This document shows, piece after piece, positions 26,423 through 38,900 of a stretch of 64,000 nt of DNA; the first letter of the stretch is position 1, and each line of letters opens with the position of its first letter. Origin of the DNA: Dimorphilus gyrociliatus. Lineage: Eukaryota > Animalia > Annelida. The notes beneath the pieces were generated by a model. The model was not told the origin of the DNA. It was given only the letters and a program-made list of their open reading frames with translations, and did not search any database. The stretch is from the NCBI GenBank assembly GCA_904063045.1, contig CAJFCJ010000019.1, forward strand, positions 920,570-984,569. Direction: 5' to 3'. Made by a program: the position numbers and the translations under genes.

Positions 26423-26668
26423 TGGCTTTAAAAAAACAACCCGATATTTCTACACCATTCGTATACCGTGTTTTGCGCACGCAGACAACATAAAACTGTC
26501 AGTGTTGCCCTCTAGCGGCTTTAATTGTGGGGCTAAAATAGACTGCAGGATTCTCTATGTAAAGGATAACAGTTATTCACATGCATAAACACATACTGTA
26601 TTTTCAATGGTTGTGCTTTTTAAAAAATGATAATAATAACATTGATAATAATAATGATAGCAATGATA

Positions 26669-26670
<2 letters not shown>

Positions 26671-26700
<30 letters not shown>
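26671..26700. repeat. (GAT)10 trinucleotide microsatellite
   Basis: Ten perfect GAT units; this produces the spurious poly-His minus-strand ORF 26573..26767. Confidence 0.95.
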
Positions 26701-27199
26701 AAATAATTAAGTAAAAAAGAAACAAAAAATCAATTTCTTTTCTTTTACTTAATTCAATTCTCTTCAATCACATTCGTCAAAATGATGAAAAAAAAAGAGG
26801 CTATGAAATCTTTTCAATTAAAAAAAAAAAAAGCAAACAAAGAAAACTAAATGAAAAAAATGGAAAGGAACAAAATACAATATTAATAATAACAAATAAC
26901 AAGAAAATACATATTTTTTTCAATAATCTATCAATATTTAATAGAAGTCGATTATTAAATATAATATATATATAATATGAAAGAGCGGAGAGTAATGTAG
27001 AGGGTGTTTGAAGGTAAAGGGGGAAAAGGGGAAACAAAATGGCAGTATACTTTTTGAAACAAAAAATAGAGTATTGTTTGTAATTAATTAGTACTCGTTA
27101 ACTTGCAAATATATACTCTATAGGGTTTTTTAAGTATCAGATATCAACTTGCTACTCTACTTTCAATAATAATCTATGTAGTATACAGTATACTTGTAT

Positions 27200-27335
27200 A
27201 CTGAATGTATATATATGTGTATATATATGTATATATATATATATATCCAAATAGATATACATAAATATATCAGTATATTTATATATACATATACATATAT
27301 ATATATATATATACGGTATATATATTATAATATAA
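27200..27335. repeat. (AT)n-rich microsatellite region
   Basis: Alternating TA runs. Others at ~28315-28335, 32575-32600, 43520-43570. Confidence 0.9.
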
Positions 27336-27407
27336 TACATAGTTTATATAAAAGGGTAGAACAGTTTGGAAATTAGACGTTCTTTTTCATCACCGTTAAA
27401 AACAACC

Positions 27408-28265
27408 ATGTCGAATAGGTTCGTCAAACATGTCATACGTATTCTTATCGTTTCGGCGACCTTATCGCTAATTTGTGACATGTTGGCATTTTCTTTGCCA
27501 ATTTGGGTAGAATGGCGTAACAATTCTACTTCGACTTACGGAGGAGTTTGGTATATTGAAACTATTTTGTTAAAGAACGATACTGTATTAAGCTCTATCG
27601 AATGGAGTACCAAAGAGGAGTGGCTTGTAGCCTCCAGGGCTCTCATTATCATTGGGCCGTCTCTCATGTTGGTGGCTGTCGTCCTGTCCGTATTGGTAGC
27701 TGTCGATAGATTAACCTCATGTTCTATGCTTGTTATACCACTCTTTTGTTTCTTTTCTGGTAAGTTTTAATACTAGAAGCATTTTAAAATGTTTTTATAT
27801 GTATATATATATTGATAAGTATCCCTTAAGTTTATCTATTCGATAGGCGTCTCAATGACAGCTTCACTCGTAACCTTTGTGTTGAATATTGTTAGAGCTC
27901 CAGGAGCAACGCCTTTAAAAGGAAAGACCATTGAATTTTCTAGCTTAAAAATTCCATTTTGGCTGGGAGTGGCTGGAGCAACTCTTGCGTATTTTACAGT
28001 CGTTTGTCAAGCAATAGCTGATGAACTTAGGTGGAAAAAATCGAATGAAGAATCAAAAGGGACATCGTCCCGCACGGCAATTAATTCATCAATTAAGCAA
28101 AAGAAGGGTGGCAAAAAGAAGAAAGTAGGATTTCAAACAAAATTAGAAGAACCTTGGCAATCAAAAATTGAATGGACAGGCGTAACAAAATATAAGGAAT
28201 ACGATGATGTAGAAGCAATGCATGGTCCAAAATATATGTATGCGGCTAAAGTTGATGATTGGTAG
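27408..28265 (+). CDS. PMP22/EMP/claudin-superfamily tetraspan protein, 256 aa, 2 exons
   Basis: Exons 27408-27759 and 27847-28265 (phase 1). Four hydrophobic helices, W..GVW signature (WVEW...YGGVW), WLVASRAL before TM2, Lys-rich cytoplasmic tail. Confidence 0.75.
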
Positions 28266-29652
28266 CGGGAGTATAGTAATATATTTATAAAAAATAGTAC
28301 AGAAATACATTATTTATATATATATATATATATATAACATTTAAGCACAAAGTAAATATATAAGAATATATAACTATACAGTATATTTAAGTTATATTCT
28401 ATATATTTTGATTTATAAGAAGTAATATCTAAATAGTGTAACAGTTTTTTTTTATTTCACTTTTTTTTTCATTCTCTATCAAACTAGTTAGCTTCGTAAA
28501 CAAAAACGATAATAAAAGAATTTTGGTACAAAAAATTTGGATAGTTTATTGTTAATATTTTTATCGTTACATTAACGAAACATTCTGGGCACGTTTCATC
28601 ATTTTATTTCAATGACAGTAAACTAACGATAATTCACGCTATTATTGTAATGCAATAAGTATATGTTTACTATGTATAGGCTAATACGTTATTAACAATA
28701 ACTAATTAACAAGCCGTTAATTTCTTGAGTAAATACTGTATGTAATTATTCAGGATAGTTGATAATAGCGACCGTTCCGTTCTTTTCTGTCTAGCCAAAC
28801 TTGATTGTTTTTCTATTAATATTTTTCTATATACGTATATATATATATATATTTCTCTCTCTTTCTCTCTTTTTCTTTCTTTCTTTCTCTCTTTCCCTTC
28901 GTGTTGTATATTTAATAGTTCTGCTGGTGTTTTTGCTTTTTGCTATTTCTTTTTCATTTCATCTACCAATCCATCTTTCGTTACAAAAGAATGCAGATTG
29001 TCAGTCGCGTAATCTTTTAAAGAATAACCATGACTACTATTTTCCTATTTTATTTGCAATTTATTAATAAAAGTCAAAGAGGCAGAAGTATTAATATCCT
29101 TCGTCAACTCATCTTCTTTCCTATATTTTTCTTTTGCTCGTTTTGATTAAAAAACTGGTAAAACAATGTAGAAATTAAAGTGGAGGCAGGAGAGAGGGAG
29201 ACGCGAGGCGAGGGGGGAGAGATGGAGAGAGTGAGAGAAGAGAAAGAGAAAAAACAAAACCAATTACGTAGCGTAATTACCGGACGGCAGGCTAAAAGTA
29301 AGAGTAAATTATTATACAGAATTTATTATATGATTGATATCTAAAACAATGGGGAAGAGCGAACTAAAAGCCCATAAATTTTCGCCTGTTTCTACTGATT
29401 ATTTCCCAACTGATCCATGCACTTTTTTTTCTTATAGTTTTTTATTTTATAGTTTGTCAGCTAAAGTAATTAGATAATTACAGCAAATATATTGCTAACC
29501 GCCTACCGTAATTATGTCATCTGCCCATTTGTGATAAGAGCTATCAAACTATTTAGTATATATATATATACATATGAAACACGATATTGTCATTTTGTAT
29601 ATCCTTTAACAAAGGTTTGAAGAAGAGCATTAAACGAGAGAAAAAAAAAACA

Positions 29653-31394
29653 ATGTTTGGAAGAAAATTGAACGGGCTAACTGTCTTAATTCTATCGTTT
29701 ACCATCACCTATTCAACTGCGTGGTTGTCTGATGAGAAGGAGAGGTTCCTCAGGGATTTTTACCAACAGTACCGGAGGCAATTTGGGAACGATCAATCGA
29801 GTAAAGATTCTACGAATCATTTTACCTCTTTTCATAATACTATATAGACTTAACGTAATATTCAGAATGTAGAAAGCCGGCGGACATAATGTTTTTAGTG
29901 GACGAATCGACAACGATCGAGGAGGAAGACTTCCAGAAAGAACTTGATTTCGTTAGATCTATTATACCCAATTTGGCTATGGAAAGCAGTAAAGTTAGAG
30001 CTGGTTTGGAGTTGTTCGCTACTAATAGTCGACTGATTAGCGGTTTAAGTGGCGATAGTAAAAAGTTAGAGAGTAGCTTATCTGGTTTAGAACAGCAATT
30101 CGGTAATACCAGAATGGTAAAGGCTCTATCAATGGCAATGGATGAATTAAATAGAAACGCTAGAAAGAACGTCTCTAAAATCTTATTGTTCATTACCGAC
30201 GGTCTGCCAACAGATAACGAATATGATATGAAAAATATTATCCAAAGGGTTAAAAGTCATAATATTATTATTTTCAGTATTGCAGTTGGAACAGAGTACG
30301 TTGCAGCATTTTATAAAAATAATCAATATCTTTTATATAATTATTTCATTCTTTTATCCAAAATCTTCAATTAGATACAATGATGTCGCTACTTTGGCTG
30401 AATTAAAGAGTTTTGCAAGTGAACCAACTGACAAACACTTTTTCCACGTTGAAAATTACGACAGCTTAAAGAATCTATGGCCTTACATCAGTGAAACTTG
30501 TCAAACTGATTGCGCTGTTAAGGGTGAAACGGATATTATCTATTCAATTCCAGATTACTCTGGAATTGACGACTCGGTGGCTCTTGTCAACTATTTAGAT
30601 AGGGAGGCTAGGAAATATGAATCAGCAATCAAGAGGGGAGAAATTAGAATAGGTGTTGACTTTCAAATGATGAAAGAAAACGAAGGTTTCAATTTGAAAA
30701 CATACGAAAGGGAATTTGATGGAATGATAAAGGAACTGAAAGATTTTCGTTTTCTTGGCCTATCCAACACTTTCATAGAAGATATCGTAAACGACGCAAA
30801 TGTTGAATTTAAAAACGCCAATCGACCCGGTGCAAACAGAGTTGTCATTATTGTCGTTGACCTCCAACGTATAACCGCCGCATCACTTTCTCGGCAGGTT
30901 GCCAACTTGAAAACTGATACGGTATAAACAAAAAAATAATTTCTTTTAAATCAATTATTTCAGTTCTTTTCCTTAATTGAATTTTCTTTTTTCTTTTATC
31001 TCTTGTTTCTTAAAAAAAGGCAAAAAAACAAGATATAACCTATCCTATTACTTTCTACAGTACTTCCCTAGTCGTTGTTGTTATTGTTACTGTTGTTACT
31101 ATTATTATTATTATTATTATTAATGTTTTCTCATTATTTCTGTTCTTTTTCTTAAATAGTTGAACGTTGTCATTCTGGGAGTTGGAGGAGGTGATGATAA
31201 ATCCGATAATTCCGCACGTATTGAATTAAACAAGGCAAAACATATAAAATACTTTTCCTTCGATTCCTATGACGAAATCAACATTGATTTAGAAAAGACT
31301 TTGTGCGAAGGTTTGTAGAAAGGGAGATGGTGAAAATCGATGAAAGCTATCTAATCGACCGTATTCTCTTTTCATATTTACAGGAAAGCGTTAA
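29653..31394 (+). CDS. Secreted protein with two von Willebrand A domains (matrilin/collagen VI-like), ~428 aa
   Basis: Exons 29653-29800, 29866-30295, 30375-30921, 31160-31310, plus a probable 31384-31394 (alternatively a stop at 31318). Signal peptide; vWA1 with ADIMFLVDESTT (MIDAS-like) and LLFITDG; vWA2 degenerate (DIIYSIPDYS, RVVIIVVD, VVILGVG). Confidence 0.8.
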
Positions 31395-31909
31395 AAGACG
31401 TTCGCAATTTTCTTCGTTCTTCTACCAAAATCACGCTTTTCTCTCTCTCTCTCTCTCACTCACTCACTCTCTCTCTCTCAATTGTCAGTTTTTGTATCTA
31501 CTTTGTATTTTAAGAAAAAGATGATAATATTATTTAAAAAAACGAAAGAGAGCATTTCTCTTTCTCTTCTCTTCTCTTCTCTCTTTTCTTCTATTCTCTA
31601 AAATCCTTTCTACCTTTTTTCTACTGTCACCAATAAAAAAAGAAAAAAAAAACAACATAAAACTTAACAAATAGCTTGGAATAGGAGAATTAAGGAGGGG
31701 GAACAACAAGGGACATAGACAGTTAGATAGAGAGAGTGAGAAAGAGAGAGAGAGATGGAGAGAAAGAGAAAAGACAGAGGAAGAAAAGGTGATTTTTTTT
31801 CTTTAAGAATAGAAATAAATTGAAAGATTAAAAAATAAAAAAAAGTATTAAATTTTTGTTTTTAATTATTGAAATATTAAAACGCAAAAACATGAATTCT
31901 CCTTAATAA

Positions 31910-32321
31910 TCAGGTTTTCTGCTATAACAAAAAGAGAAACATTATATTAAAATATTTTATATTAAAATATATAGCTTATAAACATACATTGCCAATATCT
32001 AAACGTGAAAATTGTTCATGGCGGACGTCATCACCAAAATAGGCGCCTCGACGTCTTTCAGAGGACTCTATGTCGTATACATTCCCAGTTCTTTTCTGTA
32101 TAAAGAAATGTGTTTACTTTTTAAATTAATTTACAATGAATCTTGTCTTATTTTGAAGGTTTCTAATTGAAAATTATCAATTAGCCAATGAACAAATAAA
32201 TAAGATAAACGTTTCTTACTTTAATGGTAAGATATAGAAAGACAGATACGACAGAAACGAATATTATAATGAGTAGAGTTATTATTAAGTATATCCACCA
32301 CATTGCAAGCTGTGTCTGCAT
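31910..32321 (-). CDS. Small single-pass membrane protein, 73 aa, 3 exons (absent from ORF track)
   Basis: Exons 32321-32220, 32095-31988, 31921-31910. Donors GTAAGA and GTATGT, acceptors TTTATACAG and TTGTTATAG, both introns phase 0 (124 and 66 bp). Protein: MQTQLAMWWIYLIITLLIIIFVSVVSVFLYLTIKKRTGNVYDIESSERRRGAYFGDDVRHEQFSRLDIGNQKT*. Confidence 0.65.
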
Positions 32322-32568
32322 GCAACGTCTGTGTATTCAACTGGCGTTTTAGCAGTAAATAATTCGCTTTTTCACCTTCATTTACAACAAGTAAAGAAAT
32401 GGATGGGGCTAATAAAGTGAAAAGAGGACTTAAGTAGAAAAATAATTGTTGTAGTATTACATAAAGGCTAGCGCCATCTTTGGTATCTTAATTATTTTAC
32501 TAAACAAAAATTATTGATTAGCTATAGATTTGAAATAATAACAGACCATACTGTATATTATATTATAT

Positions 32569-32601
<33 letters not shown>

Positions 32602-32745
32602 CATATATACAACCTAATGCATGCTAATTCTGTTATATTGTTAATTTATGTATATGAAAAAAATATGACTGCATTTTGTGCATTGATGAGAATAATCACA
32701 TGTTCTGACCAACTGAGAGCATTTACATGTATTCGGTATATATCA

Positions 32746-33019
32746 TCATTTCTCTTTGAAATCAGATGGTAGATTTGCCGCCTTTTTAATCTGAATCATA
32801 GCTAATTTATTTGCCTCTGATATAGATTTTGGAACTTTTTCTCTTTGCGCTTTCTGTAGGATAATTGAAAATATATTTTACTTATATTATCGCTCTTTTA
32901 TTTAGAGAGCATACCTCTATCGAACTATCATTTCTGCCAGTTACAATAACATATAAACCAACTCCTAAAATTGGATATCCAACTATTTGGATAATTTGCT
33001 TTATTTTATGATAGTTCAT
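32746..33019 (-). CDS. Small membrane protein, 70 aa, 2 exons; UQCC3/Cbp4-like complex III assembly factor candidate (absent from ORF track)
   Basis: Exons 33019-32915 and 32853-32746, 61-bp GTATGC..CCTACAG intron, phase 0. Protein: MNYHKIKQIIQIVGYPILGVGLYVIVTGRNDSSIEKAQREKVPKSISEANKLAMIQIKKAANLPSDFKEK*. Resemblance to UQCC3 (G.G..L.VIVT...P.S..EA...L...AA) is by eye. Confidence 0.7.
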
Positions 33020-33463
33020 AATTCGGGAATCTTCATTGACTTTGAGAAATTATTCTAGAGCTTTGGAAAAACACTCTTGTTCTTTTAGAACAAGTTAAAT
33101 AGTACAAATAAAAAAGAGCGGGAATATGATCAATTTATGTATTATATCTATATATATATATACGTATTTGATATATTGTATTAATACATTTATTTTCGTA
33201 AGTAGATAAGAATAACTAAAATATGAATAATAATACTATTTAGATCTGTATTTTATTATTCAATGTTAATTGTTCATTCAAATAGAAAAGTATATATATT
33301 TTAGCTATTTTTTTAACGTATATGCCGTATGAGACAAAGTATATAATCAAAAACGGATAATGTTTTCGTCTTTCTAATTTACTCTTTATTAGACCCGTTA
33401 AGCGAGTTCTTTTGATCAGGCCAATTTTCTTTGAAGGCTACTTTTTAATTATTTGTTGTGAAA

Positions 33464-35136
33464 TTAATCTGAATCAATCATATCATCTGTAATATCTTGT
33501 TTGTGCAATTGTTGTCGAATAGCATCAAAGTATCCATCATCGGGAAAATCTTGTCTATTATATTGATAGAAGAGAAAGTTAGATATATTATGATTATTGT
33601 ACAGAATGTCATTAAAGTTTTAATACAATACCTATTAGTTTTTTGTGGCATTCCATTCCACAGAACTAAAAAAGGTTCATTTGGTCGGCAGCGTTTGACA
33701 GCGAACAGTACTCTCGCGTGAAAAGCGGAAGTTAATAAATCATGTATTTCTCGACCAGCCTCATTATTTGGCAAATAGGTAATATAGGTTGAGCCACTAT
33801 AGCTTTTTCCTATCATTGGATGACCATATGTTTGTATACCATCTGAAAAATCATAGCGAATGACTATTGTTCCGTAGCCTTCGTATCCATTTAGATCTGA
33901 TTTTTCCATGTCATAGCTCATTTTACCATTTCTTGGTTGACCAGGAACATTTCGAAATATAAGACATTCGCAAACAGGACATTTAGATCTATAACTTTTC
34001 AACATTTCACTTACACATTCATCGCAGTAGACGTGACCACAATTCAATCTTGTGGGCTTAAAGGGCTTATCCTGACAAATGGTACAGATTTCATCAGAGT
34101 CAAATGTTTGAGATATATCTAGAGGATTAAAATTAATATGCGTATCTTTCGATATAGAACTGACGGTGTCTCTTTTCCTTTTGGCTGTGGTGGGTTGTTT
34201 TGATGTACTTGAGATATTATTCGAACAATCCATAGGAGTTTCAGAATGTGTAACGTGCTGCTGTCTGGTTTCTAAATTGGATTTGTGAATTTTTGCAGGG
34301 TCTGAAGATACTTTATAATCAATTAATAGCCCAGCAAAAGCCGAGGCAAGTTCTTGGGTTTTCAAAGTTGTACTATCAGAGTTTAGCGATTCGACTATAT
34401 CTTGTAGTTTCGTTTGAGCTTGCTCTCTTATAACGGTTATAATATCCTGCTTGGAAAGTGATAAACCAGTCTGTATAGGTTTTATAAAGGGTTCTACAGA
34501 TTCAAAATTGATTTGGCGAGGACTGAGTGTGGTTTCTTCCCATGCTAACCTTGGACATATATGTTCGTCTTCATATTGTGTGTAGGCATCAACGAATGAA
34601 ACAACCGACCTCGAAAAATCAACTTTACTTGTCCTCCTTCTAGAAGATTCTTTACTGCAGATGCCACCTTCCACAAGCATTTCCGGTTTTTCGGTAAAGC
34701 CGAAAGAAAAACTAACATCATCATCACATTTTGTGTCTAAGGAAGAAAACGATATGATTTCTTTCTCTTTAGATAAAGTTGTCGTTGTTATATCCTTTTT
34801 ACCGACTTGAACTACATTTTCATAATTACCAAGAACTGAGTGGGCTTCTTTAATTGCTGACCAAGAGCCCTTCAAATTGAACTGACCATTCCTAAATCTT
34901 ATTTCTACACCGAGATTTTCTATTTCTCTTAATAATCTATCCATTGTTGCATTAAGGCCTGGCAATCTTTCAACTTCAACTAAAACTTTTCGAAATATCT
35001 GTTTGAAAATATGGGTGATATTATTAACAGATTAACATTTAAAAAGCCTACTTTCGTCTTACGCATTGAAAATATCAGAAAATATTGATAGTGGTTAAAA
35101 CTTCTTCTAATTTTCACTTACTCCTGATGGTTCCAT
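33464..35136 (-). CDS. Deltex-family (DTX3L-like) RING-DTC E3 ubiquitin ligase, ~490 aa
   Basis: Exons 35136-35122 (start tentative), 34998-33632, 33554-33464. C3HC4 RING CTIC..CGHVYCDEC..CPVC followed by a DTC domain (GQPRNGKM, GIQTYGHP, YLPNNEAGR, LWNG..KT, FPDDGY). Confidence 0.85.
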
Positions 35137-35639
35137 ATGAGAATTCAAGTTCAGTTAAAAAATATACAAATTTTAGGTGGTTACGAGACAGTTAAAGAGC
35201 AGGATTAGTTAATCCGTCTTACAAAAGTACCTCAATAGATTAAGAGTAAACATTCCAGTACTTACCAGGAAGTTACGTACAGTAGATCGTTAATCAATTG
35301 ACTATATTATTTCTTTAATTCGAAAAATGTCGATAAATTTTTTTTACAATTATTAAATATAATTCCTGTTTATGGTTTTTGAAAGTTTTATTCAGATACT
35401 ATTCACTCTGTTCACACAATTTTTAATGCAGCTGTGCGTATTATATGAATCATTTAGCAGACGACTACCGAATCATAGAAATCCTCCCATATTGCAGCGT
35501 ATTTCTTAAGAGCAAATTCATACCGTTAATCATGGAAATCAAATTGCTATAAACAAACGCTATTTCGCCTAAGCTAAAAATAAGATATAACTAATTAGAC
35601 ATCCTATTATGATTATTGTTAAGAAAATATATAAGATAA

Positions 35640-35654
35640 CCTATAGATGGCGCG
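35640..35654 (+). promoter_or_regulatory. CTCF-like motif TATAGATGGCGC in the divergent Deltex/furin promoter
   Basis: Matches the core of CCASYAGRKGGCRS. Related motifs lie near other gene starts (24683, 26507, 32467, 53778, 62055). Confidence 0.5.
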
Positions 35655-35978
35655 CAGTACAGGGTTGACAAATACCGTCATATCCGGTTATTCCATACAA
35701 ATAGTGGAGGCTGCTGAGTTGTGTATGACGAACGTGTCTATCTCGAATGATTTAGTCAGCGGTTGCAAACAGCCTACCAACTTACAGTAGAGCCTGATAT
35801 ATTGATTTTTTAATTTATCATCTGTTTTATATGAAGATCAAAAGCTGTCTTATAAAAGATCTTAATGTTTTCATGTGATTGTTCTAATCATCGATAATCA
35901 ATAATCGAAGCGTAATGCTGAAAGCTTATTATTTTTAATTTTACTTCAAGATAAACAAACATATATTTTATTATAAAA

Positions 35979-38900
35979 ATGATTTTTGGAGAATATGTGC
36001 TTGTTTTTATGTTTGCAACTTTAAATCTAGTGAATTTGGAGCTGTATACGAATAAATGGGCGGTAAAAATTGAAGGAGGAGAAAGAAAAGCTCGTAGTCT
36101 CTGTGAAAAACATGGATTTAAATATTTAGGAAAGGTTTGTTATTCGCTTAATAAAATTGTTTTGATTTGGGAAAGAATTATATAACGTTCTGTTTCATTT
36201 GTGCATGAGAAATAATTGATCAATGAGTTTTTTTTCCAATCTCTTGAAGGCTTTTTAGAAAGACAATATGGATTAAATAAAGCATGCACGTCACCCATTT
36301 GTTCCGTGACGTTTGCTTAATCCAAGTGCACGAAAAAAGAAAAGTCTTTTTTGTTCCTCTTTTTCATTCTCTCTTTCTTTTCCCATATGTATTTATATTA
36401 TATTTAAAGAAGTTTATAAATAACACAAATTGACTTTATTACTACTATCTGCTATAGAAATTAACAAAAAAAGAGTAAATATTCTTTCAACAAGATGTAA
36501 GAAATAACAAAAAAAAAAAAAAAAACAATTAATTTCATGCACATGTTATTTGATCATAAGACTTAATCAGCCAGCTTTGTATATATATATTTATATATAC
36601 AATGTGTAAAAAGCTATACAATTTATATTCTGTGTTCTCTTTATTATACTATAGTTTTATATTAGGACACGCTTTATATGTATCTTGTTTTAGACGACTT
36701 TCCTTTTCTATACCTACATAAATCCTGATATATATTAATTATGAAAATTTAGATGATTAAATGACAAAAGAATCTGAAGGATATGATCTATCAAAGTTCT
36801 GTTTGCTATATTTATTTCTATATATATACATATATATTTATAGAAATAAAAAATACATTAAGAAGAATCCCTATAGTACATTATATATTAATTATAAAGC
36901 GTAGAGGTTTTAATAGAGATAAGGAAAATTAAAGAGGACACCTGGGGAAAGGAGAGAATGAGGAAAACTTTGTTAAAGAAGATATCGGACCTTTGAATTA
37001 ATTTAGACTCGATTTTTTTATTGTAGATTTTAACCATTAAAATATTTCTCATCTTTCCCGTCTTTCAGATATTCGACGATCACTATCATTTGGAACATAA
37101 GAAAATTGTAAAACGGTCGCTTTCAAGTAGTCATCATATGCATAGTTCTTTAGAAGAGGAATTTGAGGTTGGTATAAAAATATTGATTTTAATATCGTCT
37201 AAACAAGTAAAAGAACGGACATAAATCTTTAAGTACATAAGAAAGGATATTTTTTTTATTTTACATTATACAATATACCTAAAGGACTTTAGGGACAGTT
37301 TTGTTTTTTTTTTGTTTTTCATATTATTTTGTAGTTTAAAAATAGAATTTATAGGCCTTATAAGTACTATTAAATATTATCATTTTCATCATGTTTATAT
37401 TACGGAGAATATATTATATATATAGTAATAAATCTCCTTTTTCTCTTCCTCCTGTTTCCATTTAAACTTTTCCGGAAAGTAGGAAGGGTAAAAAAAGTTA
37501 ATATTTTCTCTAATATGTAAATTTGACAACTTTGAATAAAGTAAACAAAGAGAATATGTGAGAGAAGGAAAAAAATCTGTTGAAGAATGGATCTATACAG
37601 TCTAAGCAAATAAAAAAAAATGAAAATATGAATATAATTAAGTGTTATTAATTTCGTACTTTTAAAAGAAAGTAATCCCTCTTTTATATAAACTGTACGT
37701 TATAAAATAGTCACATGTTTCTCTCCTTATTCTATATATCTACACTGTTTATAAATACAAACTAGACTAATTAATTGAGTTTACTTTTTATACATCAAAA
37801 TTAAAAGACGAGCAAGCTGCAGAATGATAATAATTTCCTCTTGATGTTGGAGAAGGATTGTAGCTAAATATTTGCTATATCTTTAATTATTTAAAAACGT
37901 GTCAGTTTCTTTATTCTTCTTAATAATACCTAAATCCTGCTATTTAAACCTTTCAATAGGGCTGATTATGGCAGTTATTAAACATAAAGACTATTTATTC
38001 ATTTTCTTTGTTTTAACTGTTTTCAGGTGAAATGGATTGAGCAGCAAACAATTAAGAGTAGAGTTAAACGTACAGTAAAATTAAATGATAGAAAATGGGA
38101 TAGAATGTGGTACTTGGTAAGTTAAAATGTTCCTTATTTCAATTCTATCTGTTTTATTTTTCGTATAGAAGATGATATTATTAATGAAGAGAGCTACTTT
38201 AGATATTTAATAGGGTGTAAACTTGTCACAATCCGTTTTTACTTCCTTAAATTAAAAACCGCAACTCGGGAAACGTTGAGGAAAAGTAATTTATGTGATT
38301 TTTTTTTTTATATGCTTTTCCTCTCTGCTGTTAATCTCGTTAAAGGAGATAATAAAAACCAAGCGAATCCTTATTTACACTGTTATTCCGTAAGATTCAT
38401 CCTACACACATCACTGAAAGCTTTTATCCTTTGTAGGAAGATCTTTTGTATAATTTTTTTTTAAAAATCTCTCTTAGGAAATTTTTTCCTTTTAAGTATT
38501 ATTTCTTTTTAAAGAACAAAATTCACATAGAAGAGAGAAAGAGAAAGAGAGAGAAAGAGAGATTCATTGGTTTTAGATAGATTATATTACATTTTTACAC
38601 TTCCTCAAGTACTCGTTAAACTTCCGAATCGAGCTAAATGAACGCGAATTGATAAGAATAGAAATTCTGTATATACTGTATAACCCATATAAAGATATAA
38701 ACACTTTGAAATATTAACATAGAGTTATAGTCACGTAGATTTGTTGAATCTAACTGCTAGATATTCATTTCAAATAATTATTAAAGCATTTTTCATCATA
38801 TAATTAATAATCGTACAAGTCGTGTGAGATTATAATTATAACCTTTACAAAAGGAAATACTGCGAAACAGCTTAGACGATATCAGGATAATAAAATCTAA

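Noticed and set aside
23108-29067. Short ORFs rich in S/L, R/E/K, I/Y or poly-H (e.g. 23349-23723, 24852-25094, 25203-25555, 26573-27376, 28801-29067)
   Set aside because: They are translations of (GA)n, (AT)n and (GAT)n microsatellites or intron sequence.
32018-32380. Plus-strand ATGGCGGAC ORF and FLIENYQL.. exon candidates
   Set aside because: The splice phases cannot be joined; the minus-strand 3-exon model explains the region better.
36565-36582. CAGCCAGCTTTG resembling miR-2
   Set aside because: The seed ATCACAG is absent and there is no complementary arm for a hairpin.
38346-38389. AG..GTAAGA-bounded segment in furin intron 3
   Set aside because: 44 nt, frame-shifting, and no furin similarity.
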